DNA from: Candidatus Poribacteria bacterium | GTDB lineage: Bacteria > Poribacteria > WGA-4E > WGA-3G | Direction of reading: 5' to 3' | NCBI GenBank assembly: GCA_965205025.1 | Contig: CBDBFU010000014.1 | Location: forward strand, 384,001-448,000 | DNA length: 64,000 nt | Shown here: piece by piece, positions 39,409 to 49,785 of the stretch | How the letters are laid out: the number at the start of each line of letters is the position of its first letter | How positions within the stretch are numbered: the stretch's first letter is position 1 | Notes under the pieces: generated by a model | Database searches by the model: none | Told to the model about the DNA's origin: nothing | The model's input: the letters and a program-made list of their open reading frames with translations, nothing else | Program-made: the position numbers and the translations under genes

Positions 39409-40642
39409 ATACAATGATGAGTCATGGGATTTCCGGTCATCTAACACGAAGGAATATACCCACTGTTTTCATTCCTATCCTGCAATGATGATACCTCAAA
39501 TTGCAAGAAGGTTACTGAACCAATATGGTGTCGAAGGCGGATGGTTGTTAGATCCGTATTGTGGTACAGGAACATCTCTCGTTGAAGCATCAATATTTGG
39601 TATGCATAGTGTTGGATGTGATATTAATCCATTAGTTCGATTAATCGCCACTGCTAAATTGACCAGCATTTCCTTAGAACAACTTGATACAATACTAAAT
39701 CAAGTTAATGATACTATATTTCAAATAACATTTGGAGCTGAAGACTTACCTGAATCCCCAATTCCAGACATTCAGAATATGGATTATTGGTTTTCTACTG
39801 AGGTAATCAAATATCTCGCCTATCTATTAGGAATGATTAATAAGATTGAAAACGAAGCGGTACGAAATTTCATGACTGTTGCATTTTCTGAGACAGTTCG
39901 AGAAGTCTCTTATACCCGGACAAGTTCTTTTAAGTTGCACCGTATGCAACAACAGAAACTTAAGAATTATGATCCTGATGTCTTTGGTGTTTTTTCTAAG
40001 AAATTAAATAGGAACAGACAAGGTTTAGCAGAATATATTGAAATTCGCAAAGATGTAGAAGCATCTATTTGTGATGCCAATACAGTAAAAGGTGAACTTC
40101 CTCTACCACGGCCATTAGGAGGATATAACTTAGTAATTACTTCTCCACCCTATGGTGATTCACAGACAACAGTTGCCTATGGACAATTTTCTCGACTTCC
40201 TGCAGAATGGCTTGGTATGGCTGACGCACGTAAAATCGATAAAATAGGAATGGGCGGTTATCACTATAAAGAAACATTATCTGATACACCCGTTACTAAA
40301 GCAATTGAAGAAATAAGATCTATTGATAAGAAACGTTCTAATGATGTTTCAGCATTCTATATAGATCTTAGCCGTAGTATCAATTCAGTTGCGAAAACAC
40401 TTTCTAAATGTTCAACAATTTGTTATGTAGTTGGAAACCGTAGAGTTAAGGATATTCAATTACCAACTGACGAGTTTGTAGTATCTGCATTTAGCAAACA
40501 TGGCTTCTCTCATAAGGAGACAATCGTTAGGAATATTCCAAATAAGAGGATGCCTGTGAAAAATAGTCCTTCTAATAATCCTGGTCAAACATCAACTACG
40601 ATGCAAGAAGAATATATCGTTGTTTGCCAGAGAAAACCTTAA
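39377..40642 (+). CDS. N4-cytosine DNA methyltransferase (M.MvaI-like)
   Basis: THCFHSYPAMMIPQ, LDPYCGTGT (SAM binding), ITSPPYGD (catalytic motif of the m4C class), VVGNR.V. Confidence 0.85.
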   Translation: MYLIISFSGLKYNDESWDFRSSNTKEYTHCFHSYPAMMIPQIARRLLNQYGVEGGWLLDPYCGTGTSLVEASIFGMHSVGCDINPLVRLIATAKLTSISLEQLDTILNQVNDTIFQITFGAEDLPESPIPDIQNMDYWFSTEVIKYLAYLLGMINKIENEAVRNFMTVAFSETVREVSYTRTSSFKLHRMQQQKLKNYDPDVFGVFSKKLNRNRQGLAEYIEIRKDVEASICDANTVKGELPLPRPLGGYNLVITSPPYGDSQTTVAYGQFSRLPAEWLGMADARKIDKIGMGGYHYKETLSDTPVTKAIEEIRSIDKKRSNDVSAFYIDLSRSINSVAKTLSKCSTICYVVGNRRVKDIQLPTDEFVVSAFSKHGFSHKETIVRNIPNKRMPVKNSPSNNPGQTSTTMQEEYIVVCQRKP

Positions 40643-40644
40643 AT

Positions 40645-41790
40645 ATGTCCGATGGTCAGATTATCCTTACTTCTGTAACACAACAGTATGGTGATACTGT
40701 TGCAGTGGATAATATCTCATTACAGATTGAAGGTGGTGAGTTCTTTTCTTTACTCGGTCCAAGTGGATGCGGTAAAACGACAACTTTACGGATCATCGGG
40801 GGGTTTGTTTCCCCTTCAGATGGTGAAGTGTTTATCAACTCAATACCGATGCATCAAATCCCTCCATACCGACGGCCAGTAAATACTGTTTTCCAAAATT
40901 ATGCTCTATTTCCCCATAAAACAGTCGAAGAGAATATTGCCTTCGGTTTACAAATGAAGAAGGTTTCAAAAACAGAAATATCTGATGCTGTAGAACATTT
41001 TCTCAATCTAATTCGACTGCCTAATTATGGAAAACGAAAACCCAATGAACTTTCAGGTGGCGAAAGACAACGGGTGGCTCTTGCCAGAGCATTGATAAAT
41101 GAACCATCTATCCTCCTGTTAGATGAACCACTTTCGGCTCTTGATCTTAAACTCCGAAAACAGATGCAATTGGAACTAAAGGAGTTACAGCGTAAGGTAG
41201 GAGTTACTTTTGTATATGTTACCCATGACCAAGGGGAGGCATTAGCTTTATCTGATCGAATTGCTGTAATGAATGAAGGTAAGATCCTACAGGTAGGGAC
41301 ACCATCTGAAATTTATGATAATCCTCAGAATCGTTTTGTCGCAGATTTTATTGGAACTACCAACTTTTTTAATGGAACGATAACTAAACTGGAAGACCAT
41401 TATATAAAGATTCAAGCAAGAACTGCTTCTGTCTATATCCTTACGAGTAGTCTCCATAGGGATATGGAACTTAATGCATCCGTCACTATCGCTGTTCGAC
41501 CAGAAAGAATAGATATCACACCTAAAAAGCATATAGATTCTCAAAATTGTATAAACGGGGTGATACAAGATGTGAGTTATTTAGGCACCACACTTCAATA
41601 TACTGTAATGACGGATTTTGACGATCCTGTGATTGTTAACAAACAATGGCGAGGTAAGACTACCTCGCCAAACAATACTGATTCTGAAGATAATATCAAT
41701 GAAGGAAATTTCACTTTCCAAATCGGTGATTCGGTCAATCTAACTTGGACACCAGAAAATGGTGTTGTGTTAAAAGAGGATTCTGATTAA
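40645..41790 (+). CDS. potA: PotA-like polyamine ABC transporter ATP-binding subunit
   Basis: LLGPSGCGKTT, PPYRRPVNTVFQNYALFPH, LDLKLRKQMQLEL, VTHDQ.EAL; TOBE-like tail. Confidence 0.85.
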   Translation: MSDGQIILTSVTQQYGDTVAVDNISLQIEGGEFFSLLGPSGCGKTTTLRIIGGFVSPSDGEVFINSIPMHQIPPYRRPVNTVFQNYALFPHKTVEENIAFGLQMKKVSKTEISDAVEHFLNLIRLPNYGKRKPNELSGGERQRVALARALINEPSILLLDEPLSALDLKLRKQMQLELKELQRKVGVTFVYVTHDQGEALALSDRIAVMNEGKILQVGTPSEIYDNPQNRFVADFIGTTNFFNGTITKLEDHYIKIQARTASVYILTSSLHRDMELNASVTIAVRPERIDITPKKHIDSQNCINGVIQDVSYLGTTLQYTVMTDFDDPVIVNKQWRGKTTSPNNTDSEDNINEGNFTFQIGDSVNLTWTPENGVVLKEDSD

Positions 41791-41795
41791 CTTCC

Positions 41796-42785
41796 TTATA
41801 ATGGCAACTTAACTTTACCATTATCTTGTTGTTGGGATGTTAAGAAACCGATTATTATCTGAACTACATTATACCCAGCAGTGGCAGGAGATACAGGTGT
41901 CCCACCTTCAGCAACCAATTTTACTGTTTCTCGAACACCAGCAGGAATCCCAGTAATATCCCATGTAGGTGCTTCTATTTTCTCAACTGAATCTCCTTTA
42001 TGTATGGTCGCAGCTTGGTCATTTATAAGAACATACCCATCTGTACCAACAATTTCCGCACGGAATCCAGATGGAGTATTTTTAGGTCCCCCAGCATAAT
42101 ACCCTCTAACACCATTAGCAAAATGGATATATCCATGGGCAGAGGGTTCTGTTGCAGGATTGTGTCCCCCATCCCCTTTATATTCAGTATAATCTTCGTA
42201 TCCGTCTTCTAATTCTGCAGAAACCCATTCCGGTTCTGAATCAGCATAATAACAAATAGCATCAACACAATGTGTACCGTTTCGGAATAACATTGCGCGG
42301 CCACCACTTAGTGTGCCAATTACATAACGTACATCCCCAATTTGTCCACCGTCCACAACTTCATCCTTGGTATGTCTCCATAATGGTTGCCATCTACGAG
42401 TATGGTCAATTGACAGATATGTACCGTTCTTTTCAGATGCATCTAACATTCTCTTTGCATCTTCAACTGAGGTAGCCATCGGTTTCTCACAAAAGATCCC
42501 TTTAACACCAGCATTTGCTGCATCAACAACAAGATCAGCATGACGGTGGTCGGATGTAGCAACTGTAACAATATCCAATTCCTCTTGTGCTAACATCTCC
42601 TTATGGTTGGTATAAAGAGATATATCACCCCAGTTCTCTTGATATTTCGCTTTAAATGCATCCAATGTGTTTTGAACAAAATCACAACCTGCAGCCAATT
42701 CTACGTTATCTAATCCAACTAATCCGGATGCGTGGGTTGTACCAATACCACTACAACCTATTACACCTACGCGTAATTTTGCCAT
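41796..42785 (-). CDS. Gfo/Idh/MocA family oxidoreductase
   Basis: VGVIGCSGIG..H and FCEKPMA motifs. Confidence 0.9.
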   Translation of the reverse strand: MAKLRVGVIGCSGIGTTHASGLVGLDNVELAAGCDFVQNTLDAFKAKYQENWGDISLYTNHKEMLAQEELDIVTVATSDHRHADLVVDAANAGVKGIFCEKPMATSVEDAKRMLDASEKNGTYLSIDHTRRWQPLWRHTKDEVVDGGQIGDVRYVIGTLSGGRAMLFRNGTHCVDAICYYADSEPEWVSAELEDGYEDYTEYKGDGGHNPATEPSAHGYIHFANGVRGYYAGGPKNTPSGFRAEIVGTDGYVLINDQAATIHKGDSVEKIEAPTWDITGIPAGVRETVKLVAEGGTPVSPATAGYNVVQIIIGFLTSQQQDNGKVKLPL

Positions 42786-42796
42786 AATTTTCTCCT

Positions 42797-43786
42797 CTAA
42801 AACCCATCAGTCGTCCAGAAGATGTGATGTGATTGTATATCCTTTGCATTTGGTGCAGAATGACTATGCAGAAGGTTGGGCAGCTTATCAAATAATTCTT
42901 GCTGCATTTCTTCTTTGAACGCTGTGGGTTGTATTACACGATACATCGTGCTTCCATATTTCTCGACTACCGGTGCATTAAATCCATCACCAATAGGAGC
43001 AGGATAGTCTATCTCAAGTTTCTCTTCATCCAATTTTGCAATTATATCAGATATCATAGATTCAAAGAATAAATTCTCACTACCATCTTGACATATAGAA
43101 TTTGATGCAGCAAACTCCTTAACATTGAGATGTCCGTTACGTCTATTTGCAGAAACATATCCATCAATAGTACCGTTCCGTTCTGCAATCCACATACTTG
43201 AGGATTCTGTCTTTACCCAATCAGTCCAATATTCAAGTTTATCCCTTACAAAGATACCGTTGAATTTTTGTGAATAATCGTGGTATAGTTCTGCAATCTG
43301 TCTTACTTCGTTGATGTCTTCAAAGTTCATTGGTCGGATCTTCCACGTATGCTGCTCTTTTCCAATTATAGTCTTTTTAGCCACATATCTGTCAACTTTT
43401 TCCCACCCTTCAATAGAGTAGATTCGTTGGCTTCCGTGTAACATTGAGATAGCAATATCTTTGGATTCCATAAATTCAATGGAATCCAATAATAACTGAG
43501 TAGCGATACCTTTTTTCCTGTATTCCGTTCTTGTACTAACTTCTCCTATACCTCCAACAGTTATTTGTTCGCCGTGGAAATACATCTTTCGAATAAAAAC
43601 ACGAACAGTACTAACAATTTGCCCGTCATCAACAGCAACGCGAATTCCCTCAAAATCCTTCCAAGGATCGTTGTACCAGTGATTAGAGAAATATTGACGT
43701 CCAGCAGAAAATACATGTGTTACATGATCAAGCCATGCTTCAAATTCATCAGGATTAAGTGCTCTATATTCCATATCCAATCTCAA
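42797..43786 (-). CDS. GNAT family N-acetyltransferase (Eis-like)
   Basis: VGGIGEVSTRTEYRKKGIATQLL acetyl-CoA motif A; second GNAT-like domain follows. Confidence 0.8.
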   Translation of the reverse strand: MRLDMEYRALNPDEFEAWLDHVTHVFSAGRQYFSNHWYNDPWKDFEGIRVAVDDGQIVSTVRVFIRKMYFHGEQITVGGIGEVSTRTEYRKKGIATQLLLDSIEFMESKDIAISMLHGSQRIYSIEGWEKVDRYVAKKTIIGKEQHTWKIRPMNFEDINEVRQIAELYHDYSQKFNGIFVRDKLEYWTDWVKTESSSMWIAERNGTIDGYVSANRRNGHLNVKEFAASNSICQDGSENLFFESMISDIIAKLDEEKLEIDYPAPIGDGFNAPVVEKYGSTMYRVIQPTAFKEEMQQELFDKLPNLLHSHSAPNAKDIQSHHIFWTTDGF

Positions 43787-45829
43787 TCAGAACTTTATGG
43801 TAAATTCGCCAAGAAATTGTCTGGCTTGATTACGACTACCAAAAACTTCATATAGATCACCGGATACATCGTAGAAACGTCGTATAAAATTTCTACTTGT
43901 CTCTGCTGGATTTAGATCCGCATATCTAAACCATAGATTTGTTCGTGACCAAACATCCCAATTTACTTCAAGAACTGTAGAACTCGCATCTCCACTATCA
44001 ATCCTTTGTTGTTTATTTAATTCAGGGAACAGAGCATCTTGTGTTAAGTCTGAAGTTCCATCAATTCTACCAACAGATAAGTTAAACTCCTTATATCTGT
44101 AGGGATTTGGATTTGTTATGTATTTCAGATTAGCAGCAAAAGCATTCTCCAATGCTTGGGTCTCAAAATCAAAACTATCTTCAATCTTCGGCGGTGTTAC
44201 ATAACGCTCATCCTGTTCACCATAGGTTAGCTCATCAAGGAGGGTTAGATGCCATTTTTCAGATAGACTATATGTCCAGCCAAATAAATTCTTAAGTTCC
44301 AACTGATTTAATTTATCATCAACGTCCACAGAGAAGTCTATATCCTCATAATCTTCAAGATAATTGTTGCTGAAATTGATAGCACGGGTGCTATAAAACC
44401 CATTCATGTGGGAAGGTTTCACAGTAAACCCAGTAACAGAATATTGAGTGATTGTAAAGTCGCTGGTATCCCGTAAATACAAATAACCTGAAGGATCAAT
44501 ATCAAGAAAAGTTAGGTCATGTTTTTCTTCACTAAGTTGGTCTGTTTCATATATGATTCTATCAATATATCTACCGTTGTTATCGAATTTCTGTATTCGT
44601 GAGATAACATTATGAAACATGGTTAGACGGATATCAGCACGTTTTAATTCATCGGCGAGTTCTTCATCAGTTTCCTCATCTGTTTCATAATCATCATAGT
44701 AACGTCTATACTCAGCCTCTTCAAGCAATCGGAGCCGACGGTTCATTGATGCTGTATCACCGAGAGTAATGTCATTCTGTGCAAATGGACCATATTGTGG
44801 ACGAGTTGCATTTGAAATGGTATCAGCCAGTTCAATTTGTCTTGGGGTACTATCGCCAAGCTGCGTTAATGTAGGGGATAGTGCGATGACTTCCGGCAAC
44901 CCACCAACTTTTCTACGGAATTTACTGGAATCCTTCACTAAAATTTCACCAGATGGTAATATAATCAAACTATTAGGTTGAACAAATTCACCGTTATCCC
45001 TACCTTTCGTACCAAATGCACGTACAAAATTCCCATTGGAATCAAATTTCACTATACGGTTATTACCAGTATCAGCTACAAAGACATTTCCTCTTAGATC
45101 AATTGCAATATCAGCAGAATCCTTATCAAATTCACCATCCCCTGCACCATATCTACCGAAGGTCTTCAATTTAGATCCATCCGCATCAAATTTATGTATT
45201 CGTCCGCGTTTAGCATCCAGTACAAACAGTTGGTTTTGTGAGTTAATTGCAACACGTAATGATCTGTCATGTCCAGTTGGTTGAATACCAAATGCTGTTT
45301 TGCCATTTTCATCTATCATTAATTTCCCAGGTAGAGCAACACCCTGTCGTTCGTCTACAGGATCAACAAAGTATGTATACAATAGTTCACCTGTAGGATT
45401 GAACTTATATACACATGGTGTGAAAATATAGATTTTAGGTTCTGCAGTTTCAGCTATATGATGAGCTGTAATATCCGTTACATATATGTTACCAAAACTA
45501 TCAACAGTCAGATGGCCTGGTTTTTTCAGGATATTCTCTTTTGATTCAGGATTGGTGGGTATTTGGAAGAGGAATTCCCCGGTTGGTGATAGTTTCTGAA
45601 TTAATCTGTTTTCTGTATCAGAGACGTAAATACCGTTATTGAATGTGAGATGGATGTCTTTACCGAATGAACCTTGGGTAGATCCTTTACCTGAGAATTC
45701 CCGTTCAAATTTGATATAATCTATGGCATAAGTATTTTCTAATATAGGGAATACGAATATCAATAAGATTATGTATAGATGTAGGAAGGAAGAAGGTGTA
45801 GATTTTATATGTGTTTGTATTTTTTTCAT
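43787..45829 (-). CDS. Exported NHL-repeat protein with a possible C-terminal beta-barrel
   Basis: Signal-like N-terminus; NHL repeats (IAIDLRGNVFVADTGNNRIVKFD..FG..G..GEF); C-terminus GEFTIKF. Confidence 0.75.
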   Translation of the reverse strand: MKKIQTHIKSTPSSFLHLYIILLIFVFPILENTYAIDYIKFEREFSGKGSTQGSFGKDIHLTFNNGIYVSDTENRLIQKLSPTGEFLFQIPTNPESKENILKKPGHLTVDSFGNIYVTDITAHHIAETAEPKIYIFTPCVYKFNPTGELLYTYFVDPVDERQGVALPGKLMIDENGKTAFGIQPTGHDRSLRVAINSQNQLFVLDAKRGRIHKFDADGSKLKTFGRYGAGDGEFDKDSADIAIDLRGNVFVADTGNNRIVKFDSNGNFVRAFGTKGRDNGEFVQPNSLIILPSGEILVKDSSKFRRKVGGLPEVIALSPTLTQLGDSTPRQIELADTISNATRPQYGPFAQNDITLGDTASMNRRLRLLEEAEYRRYYDDYETDEETDEELADELKRADIRLTMFHNVISRIQKFDNNGRYIDRIIYETDQLSEEKHDLTFLDIDPSGYLYLRDTSDFTITQYSVTGFTVKPSHMNGFYSTRAINFSNNYLEDYEDIDFSVDVDDKLNQLELKNLFGWTYSLSEKWHLTLLDELTYGEQDERYVTPPKIEDSFDFETQALENAFAANLKYITNPNPYRYKEFNLSVGRIDGTSDLTQDALFPELNKQQRIDSGDASSTVLEVNWDVWSRTNLWFRYADLNPAETSRNFIRRFYDVSGDLYEVFGSRNQARQFLGEFTIKF

Positions 45830-45968
45830 TTTTCGCCTTTATTTCTTAGAATATTATACCTGTTGCATGTTAGGTGTGTCAAGCACAAGACGGCAGAAAA
45901 ACTTGCACTTACAGGGGTTATTTGGTAAAATTAAATAATCTGACATTTAGTTAGGAGGATTATATAAA

Positions 45969-46199
45969 ATGGATATTAGAATTGAGTATTGCACTTCTTG
46001 AAACTATAAACCGAAGGCAGCCAGTCTGGCAGAAGCCTTAGAATCTAAGTATGGTGGTCAAGTTAAAAAGGTTAACTTAATTCCCAGTAGCGGTGGAGCA
46101 TTTGAGGTATATGTAAATGATGAATTGCTCTATTCTAAGTTAGAGACTGGGAAATTTCCATCAGATGAGCAGATAACAACATCAATTGATACGATATAG
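45969..46199 (+). CDS. SelT/SelW/SelH (Rdx family) selenoprotein with CxxU motif
   Basis: AGGAGG RBS; MDIRIEYCTS-U(TGA 45999-46001)-NYKPKAASLAE..LIPSSGGAFEVYVNDELLYSKLETGKFP..*; SECIS-like hairpin at 46014-46039. Confidence 0.9.
46014..46039 (+). promoter_or_regulatory. Putative bacterial SECIS element
   Basis: AAGGC/GCCTT lower stem, GCCA/TGGC upper stem, G-containing apical loop about 22 nt after the UGA. Confidence 0.6.
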
Positions 46200-46488
46200 T
46201 AATTTCAGTATTAATGGGTATGGATTCTTACCATACCCATTTCCTTTTATAAGAATACAAAAAACTTGAACCTTGTATATAACACTTAACGTCAGTTTGA
46301 TAATAAAAAATGTCATCTCGATAAACAGAATTTTGTCCTGAAGATTGTCTTTGTAGCACAAACTTTCCAGTTTGTGCATTCTGGTGTTAACTAAAAGATT
46401 GGGTTACAGTGTGTCTTATCAAACTCACGTTAACACTTACATACGATAGACTATCAGAGAATACATCTATCTGTAAATTCCTACACAC

Positions 46489-47559
46489 CTATAGAAACAG
46501 TACCCACATCGGTGTATCTCCTACTTCATAAACATCTAATTCAGATAATAACCCAGTCTCACGGTTGATACGGTAGGTTGCTAATTTCCCTGAATCGCGA
46601 CCACCGACAAAAAGAAAATTCCCTGTTTCATCAATATTAAAAACCCGAGGAACCGGTTCTGTAGGTTGATGTCCTAATGCAGTTAATTCTCCTGTCTCTT
46701 CATCAATCGAATACATTGCTACACTATTGTGTCCACGGTTTGTGGCATACAGAAACTTACCATGAGGATCAATATGGATTTGTGCACAACTGTTATCCCC
46801 ATCAAAATCGTCTGGAAGATTAGAAATTGTTTGAAATTCCCATAATAATCCTGGGGCATCATGTGCAGTGTAGTCCGGTTTATCTGATGTATTCTTCACA
46901 TCTGACTTTTTAGTCACCTCTGCTGTCTTGTATCTGTATGCAGAAATACTTGATCCTTGTTCATTAGATGAATATATAATCGGTTTATTCGGACTTTCGG
47001 TATAATGACGAGGACCAATGGGTTCATCAGGATGATAGTGTCCAAAAGGATTTTCGGATAACATTCCTGTATCCTGATCAAATAGAAACTGGTAGATAGC
47101 ATTTTCAGGAACTGTGTGTGGAACAAAGACATATCGGTTCGAGGCATCTGTTTCAATGTAATGAGCGTGGGGTGCGGTTTCAATGGTTTGAAGTGGATCA
47201 CCTTGTACAGTTCTATCCTCACCTATTTTATGTACTGTAACCATACCTGCCCCGTAATATGCTGATAATAAGAATTTACCACTATTATCGGTGGCTATAT
47301 AACATGTGTCTGCATCAAGATTGATTGTTCGTAATAGAGTGAGTTTCTTTGTTTTATCATCAATCCTGAAGGTTGCAATTTCTTTACTTGAACGGAGTCC
47401 AGCATATAGATAATTACCGCATGGTGATAATGTTAATGGACCTGGAGATCCGGTAACCTCTACATTTTCTTGAAATTCAATCTTTCCATTACTATTGTCA
47501 AATGTATATATAGCTAATCGGTTTTCACCGGCTATTGATAGATATAAGTGTGTCTGCAT
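46489..47559 (-). CDS. pgl: 6-phosphogluconolactonase (lactonase beta-propeller family)
   Basis: AHYIETD, GPRH, YATNRGHNS, PRVFNID motifs. Confidence 0.8.
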   Translation of the reverse strand: MQTHLYLSIAGENRLAIYTFDNSNGKIEFQENVEVTGSPGPLTLSPCGNYLYAGLRSSKEIATFRIDDKTKKLTLLRTINLDADTCYIATDNSGKFLLSAYYGAGMVTVHKIGEDRTVQGDPLQTIETAPHAHYIETDASNRYVFVPHTVPENAIYQFLFDQDTGMLSENPFGHYHPDEPIGPRHYTESPNKPIIYSSNEQGSSISAYRYKTAEVTKKSDVKNTSDKPDYTAHDAPGLLWEFQTISNLPDDFDGDNSCAQIHIDPHGKFLYATNRGHNSVAMYSIDEETGELTALGHQPTEPVPRVFNIDETGNFLFVGGRDSGKLATYRINRETGLLSELDVYEVGDTPMWVLFL

Positions 47560-47703
47560 TGATTATTCCTTGAAGTGAAGTATAGACCTTTAGATTACTT
47601 TGTTTCTATAGTTTAAAGTTAGTTTGATGTGGGGTATGAATCAACCAGATTTTAGAATTGATACGCCTAAAAACCTATGCTATTATACAAACAAAGGAGT
47701 AGT

Positions 47704-47988
47704 ATGACAATTCAAAAATTCCAAGAACAGATTGAAGCTATCTATTATGAACGGGATGCAGAACGAGGTATTCCTCTTACTTTTACTTGGTTTGTTGAGG
47801 AAGTAGGAGAATTGGCTAAAGAGATTCGAAAATGTCCACAAGACATGGATCGGTTACGCGAGGAATTAGCAGATGTTTTTGCGTGGTTATCTACTTTAGC
47901 AAGTTTGCTGGGGATTTCTCTTGAAGATGCAGCAGAGATTTATGCAGATGGCTGTCCTAAATGCAGTTCAACTCCATGTGAATGTTAA
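47704..47988 (+). CDS. MazG-like nucleotide pyrophosphohydrolase
   Basis: EEVGELA..EELADVFAWL plus C-terminal CPKC..PCEC. Confidence 0.85.
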   Translation: MTIQKFQEQIEAIYYERDAERGIPLTFTWFVEEVGELAKEIRKCPQDMDRLREELADVFAWLSTLASLLGISLEDAAEIYADGCPKCSSTPCEC

Positions 47989-48023
47989 CACACAAATACA
48001 TGCTATAATTCTAATTGCATATA

Positions 48024-49307
48024 TTAATTTTCACTCAAGAAACGTTCAAAGTTACCACCAAATAAGTTATTCACATCTCGTTCGATTTCAGAGTGGGTTA
48101 GTGTCCAACTAACATCCAGAAGTGTCTTGTATTTCTCGTATAAGACATCTGAAATTATTTGCCGTGAATGATTCCATTTATAAACGAGTTGATCTAAGAT
48201 TCTGGCATCCGAATGTTGTGGGATAATACTCAATCCCAACAACTCTATCCTTTCACGTGTGATTTCTTCAATTACACTGGGATTATTCATAAACCACCAA
48301 CATCCAAATATCATTAAATTCTTGAATTTCCTACCAATAACACAGAGTTCATGCTGGTTTTCACGAGATAGGAGAGTCACAAGGAACTTGTTGTCTGGAT
48401 TCTCACGAAGTAGAGTTTCAAGACTGGCTAAATCAGCTTTACCTGTACCATCCCCTGCCATTCTGAGTTGGGGATTCACAGCACGTTTAACACCTATCAT
48501 CAGGGCAAATGGAACATTGTACTCTCGTGAGATCGGTAATATGCAGTTATCAAACAACCTTCCAAGTACACCATCTTCAGGATATTGGAAATCAGGCGGT
48601 AGTGAAACTGCCATATATCTTGGATTCATACGTTGGATCCAAGATTCCAAGAAGCGTCTCACTTCTTTATATCCTTTCTCGGTTGAAAGGGTAGGATCAA
48701 CATCATACCCAAGACCACGCAAGTGTTCATAGGCAGTGTCTTCATAGCTATTAATTAGAACATCCATGCGAAGTGCTGCTTCAAAACGCGTATCTCCTGT
48801 ATCTCCTGTTTCCCATACAGGTCCTTCCTCAGGATCAAATGGATCATTCGTCATTACAACTTTAGTGACATTCGACTGTTCAAAAACTGTATCAATAAAT
48901 GCTTCGACTGATGTACTATTGAAATAATCTCGATAGTCCTGCAGATTCCTTGAACTAACATCCAATCCTAATTTATATAATGTAGTAACCACACCTCGAC
49001 AGGCTTCGCTAACAGGTGAATTCTCAATAAAGAGTTTTTGCCAGATTAGGTCTGCTTGTTGTGTTTTATCCATTTCCCAAAACTCATCGTATGTTATATC
49101 CGATTTACGAAACACTTCTGCTATTAGATAATGGTAGGTGAGTAGTTCGTCGATACCCCATAACAAGAGATCTCCGAAAGGAGGACTGAAAAGATGGGTG
49201 TGTATGTCTATGATTTCTTGATTTTCTACTGTATTCTCAATGGTGATCTTTAACTTCTCATCTGATCTAATGTTGGTATCTGAATTATGATTTGGGAGAG
49301 TCATCAT
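48024..49307 (-). CDS. uxaC: Uronate (glucuronate) isomerase
   Basis: DIHTH, IDELLTYHYLIAE, MTNDP.D, GCWWFMN, HSDAR..QL.YKW. Confidence 0.85.
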   Translation of the reverse strand: MMTLPNHNSDTNIRSDEKLKITIENTVENQEIIDIHTHLFSPPFGDLLLWGIDELLTYHYLIAEVFRKSDITYDEFWEMDKTQQADLIWQKLFIENSPVSEACRGVVTTLYKLGLDVSSRNLQDYRDYFNSTSVEAFIDTVFEQSNVTKVVMTNDPFDPEEGPVWETGDTGDTRFEAALRMDVLINSYEDTAYEHLRGLGYDVDPTLSTEKGYKEVRRFLESWIQRMNPRYMAVSLPPDFQYPEDGVLGRLFDNCILPISREYNVPFALMIGVKRAVNPQLRMAGDGTGKADLASLETLLRENPDNKFLVTLLSRENQHELCVIGRKFKNLMIFGCWWFMNNPSVIEEITRERIELLGLSIIPQHSDARILDQLVYKWNHSRQIISDVLYEKYKTLLDVSWTLTHSEIERDVNNLFGGNFERFLSEN

Positions 49308-49782
49308 TTAGCTCCGTACTTATTCTGGTTTGGATATAATTAATAATTTCTTCTGGTGGGTGTTTTCCGAAGCGAACATAGATGCCACGGAAGTTTTCAA
49401 GACGTGTAGGCTTAGAAAATGGACTAAGCAGAATTCCATTCTTGTCGACATAGGAACTTTTAAAAGTATCCCACGAACGATTAGTGGTTGAGCAACAAGT
49501 TGAGACAGTGAGTGTGTCTAAATCACAATGGTAGTTGTATGGAAGAAAATATTTATACAGTGGTCCAATGAGTATACACGCAGAAAGAAATAGGAAAACA
49601 ATCGATTGAAAACTGATATAGATGATACTAAGAATAATCGTTAGAAATAACAGTAATAGAACAGATTTTATCCGATTTTCTACAATCGGGTGGACTTTCC
49701 AAGATAGGTCAGGAGTAGATTGTGGACTCCCATTTGAATCAGATGTATCTTGATTAACTTTGTTCTGTTGTATTTCAGGCAC
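49285..49782 (-). CDS. Hypothetical membrane protein
   Basis: Two hydrophobic segments followed by a soluble domain; in operon with secG and uxaC. Confidence 0.65.
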   Translation of the reverse strand: MPEIQQNKVNQDTSDSNGSPQSTPDLSWKVHPIVENRIKSVLLLLFLTIILSIIYISFQSIVFLFLSACILIGPLYKYFLPYNYHCDLDTLTVSTCCSTTNRSWDTFKSSYVDKNGILLSPFSKPTRLENFRGIYVRFGKHPPEEIINYIQTRISTELNDDSPKS

Positions 49783-49785
49783 GTA

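Noticed and set aside
45999-46001. Genome-wide UGA reassignment (genetic code 4 or 25)
   Set aside because: Conserved genes have no internal TGA and the HDAC gene ends in TGA.
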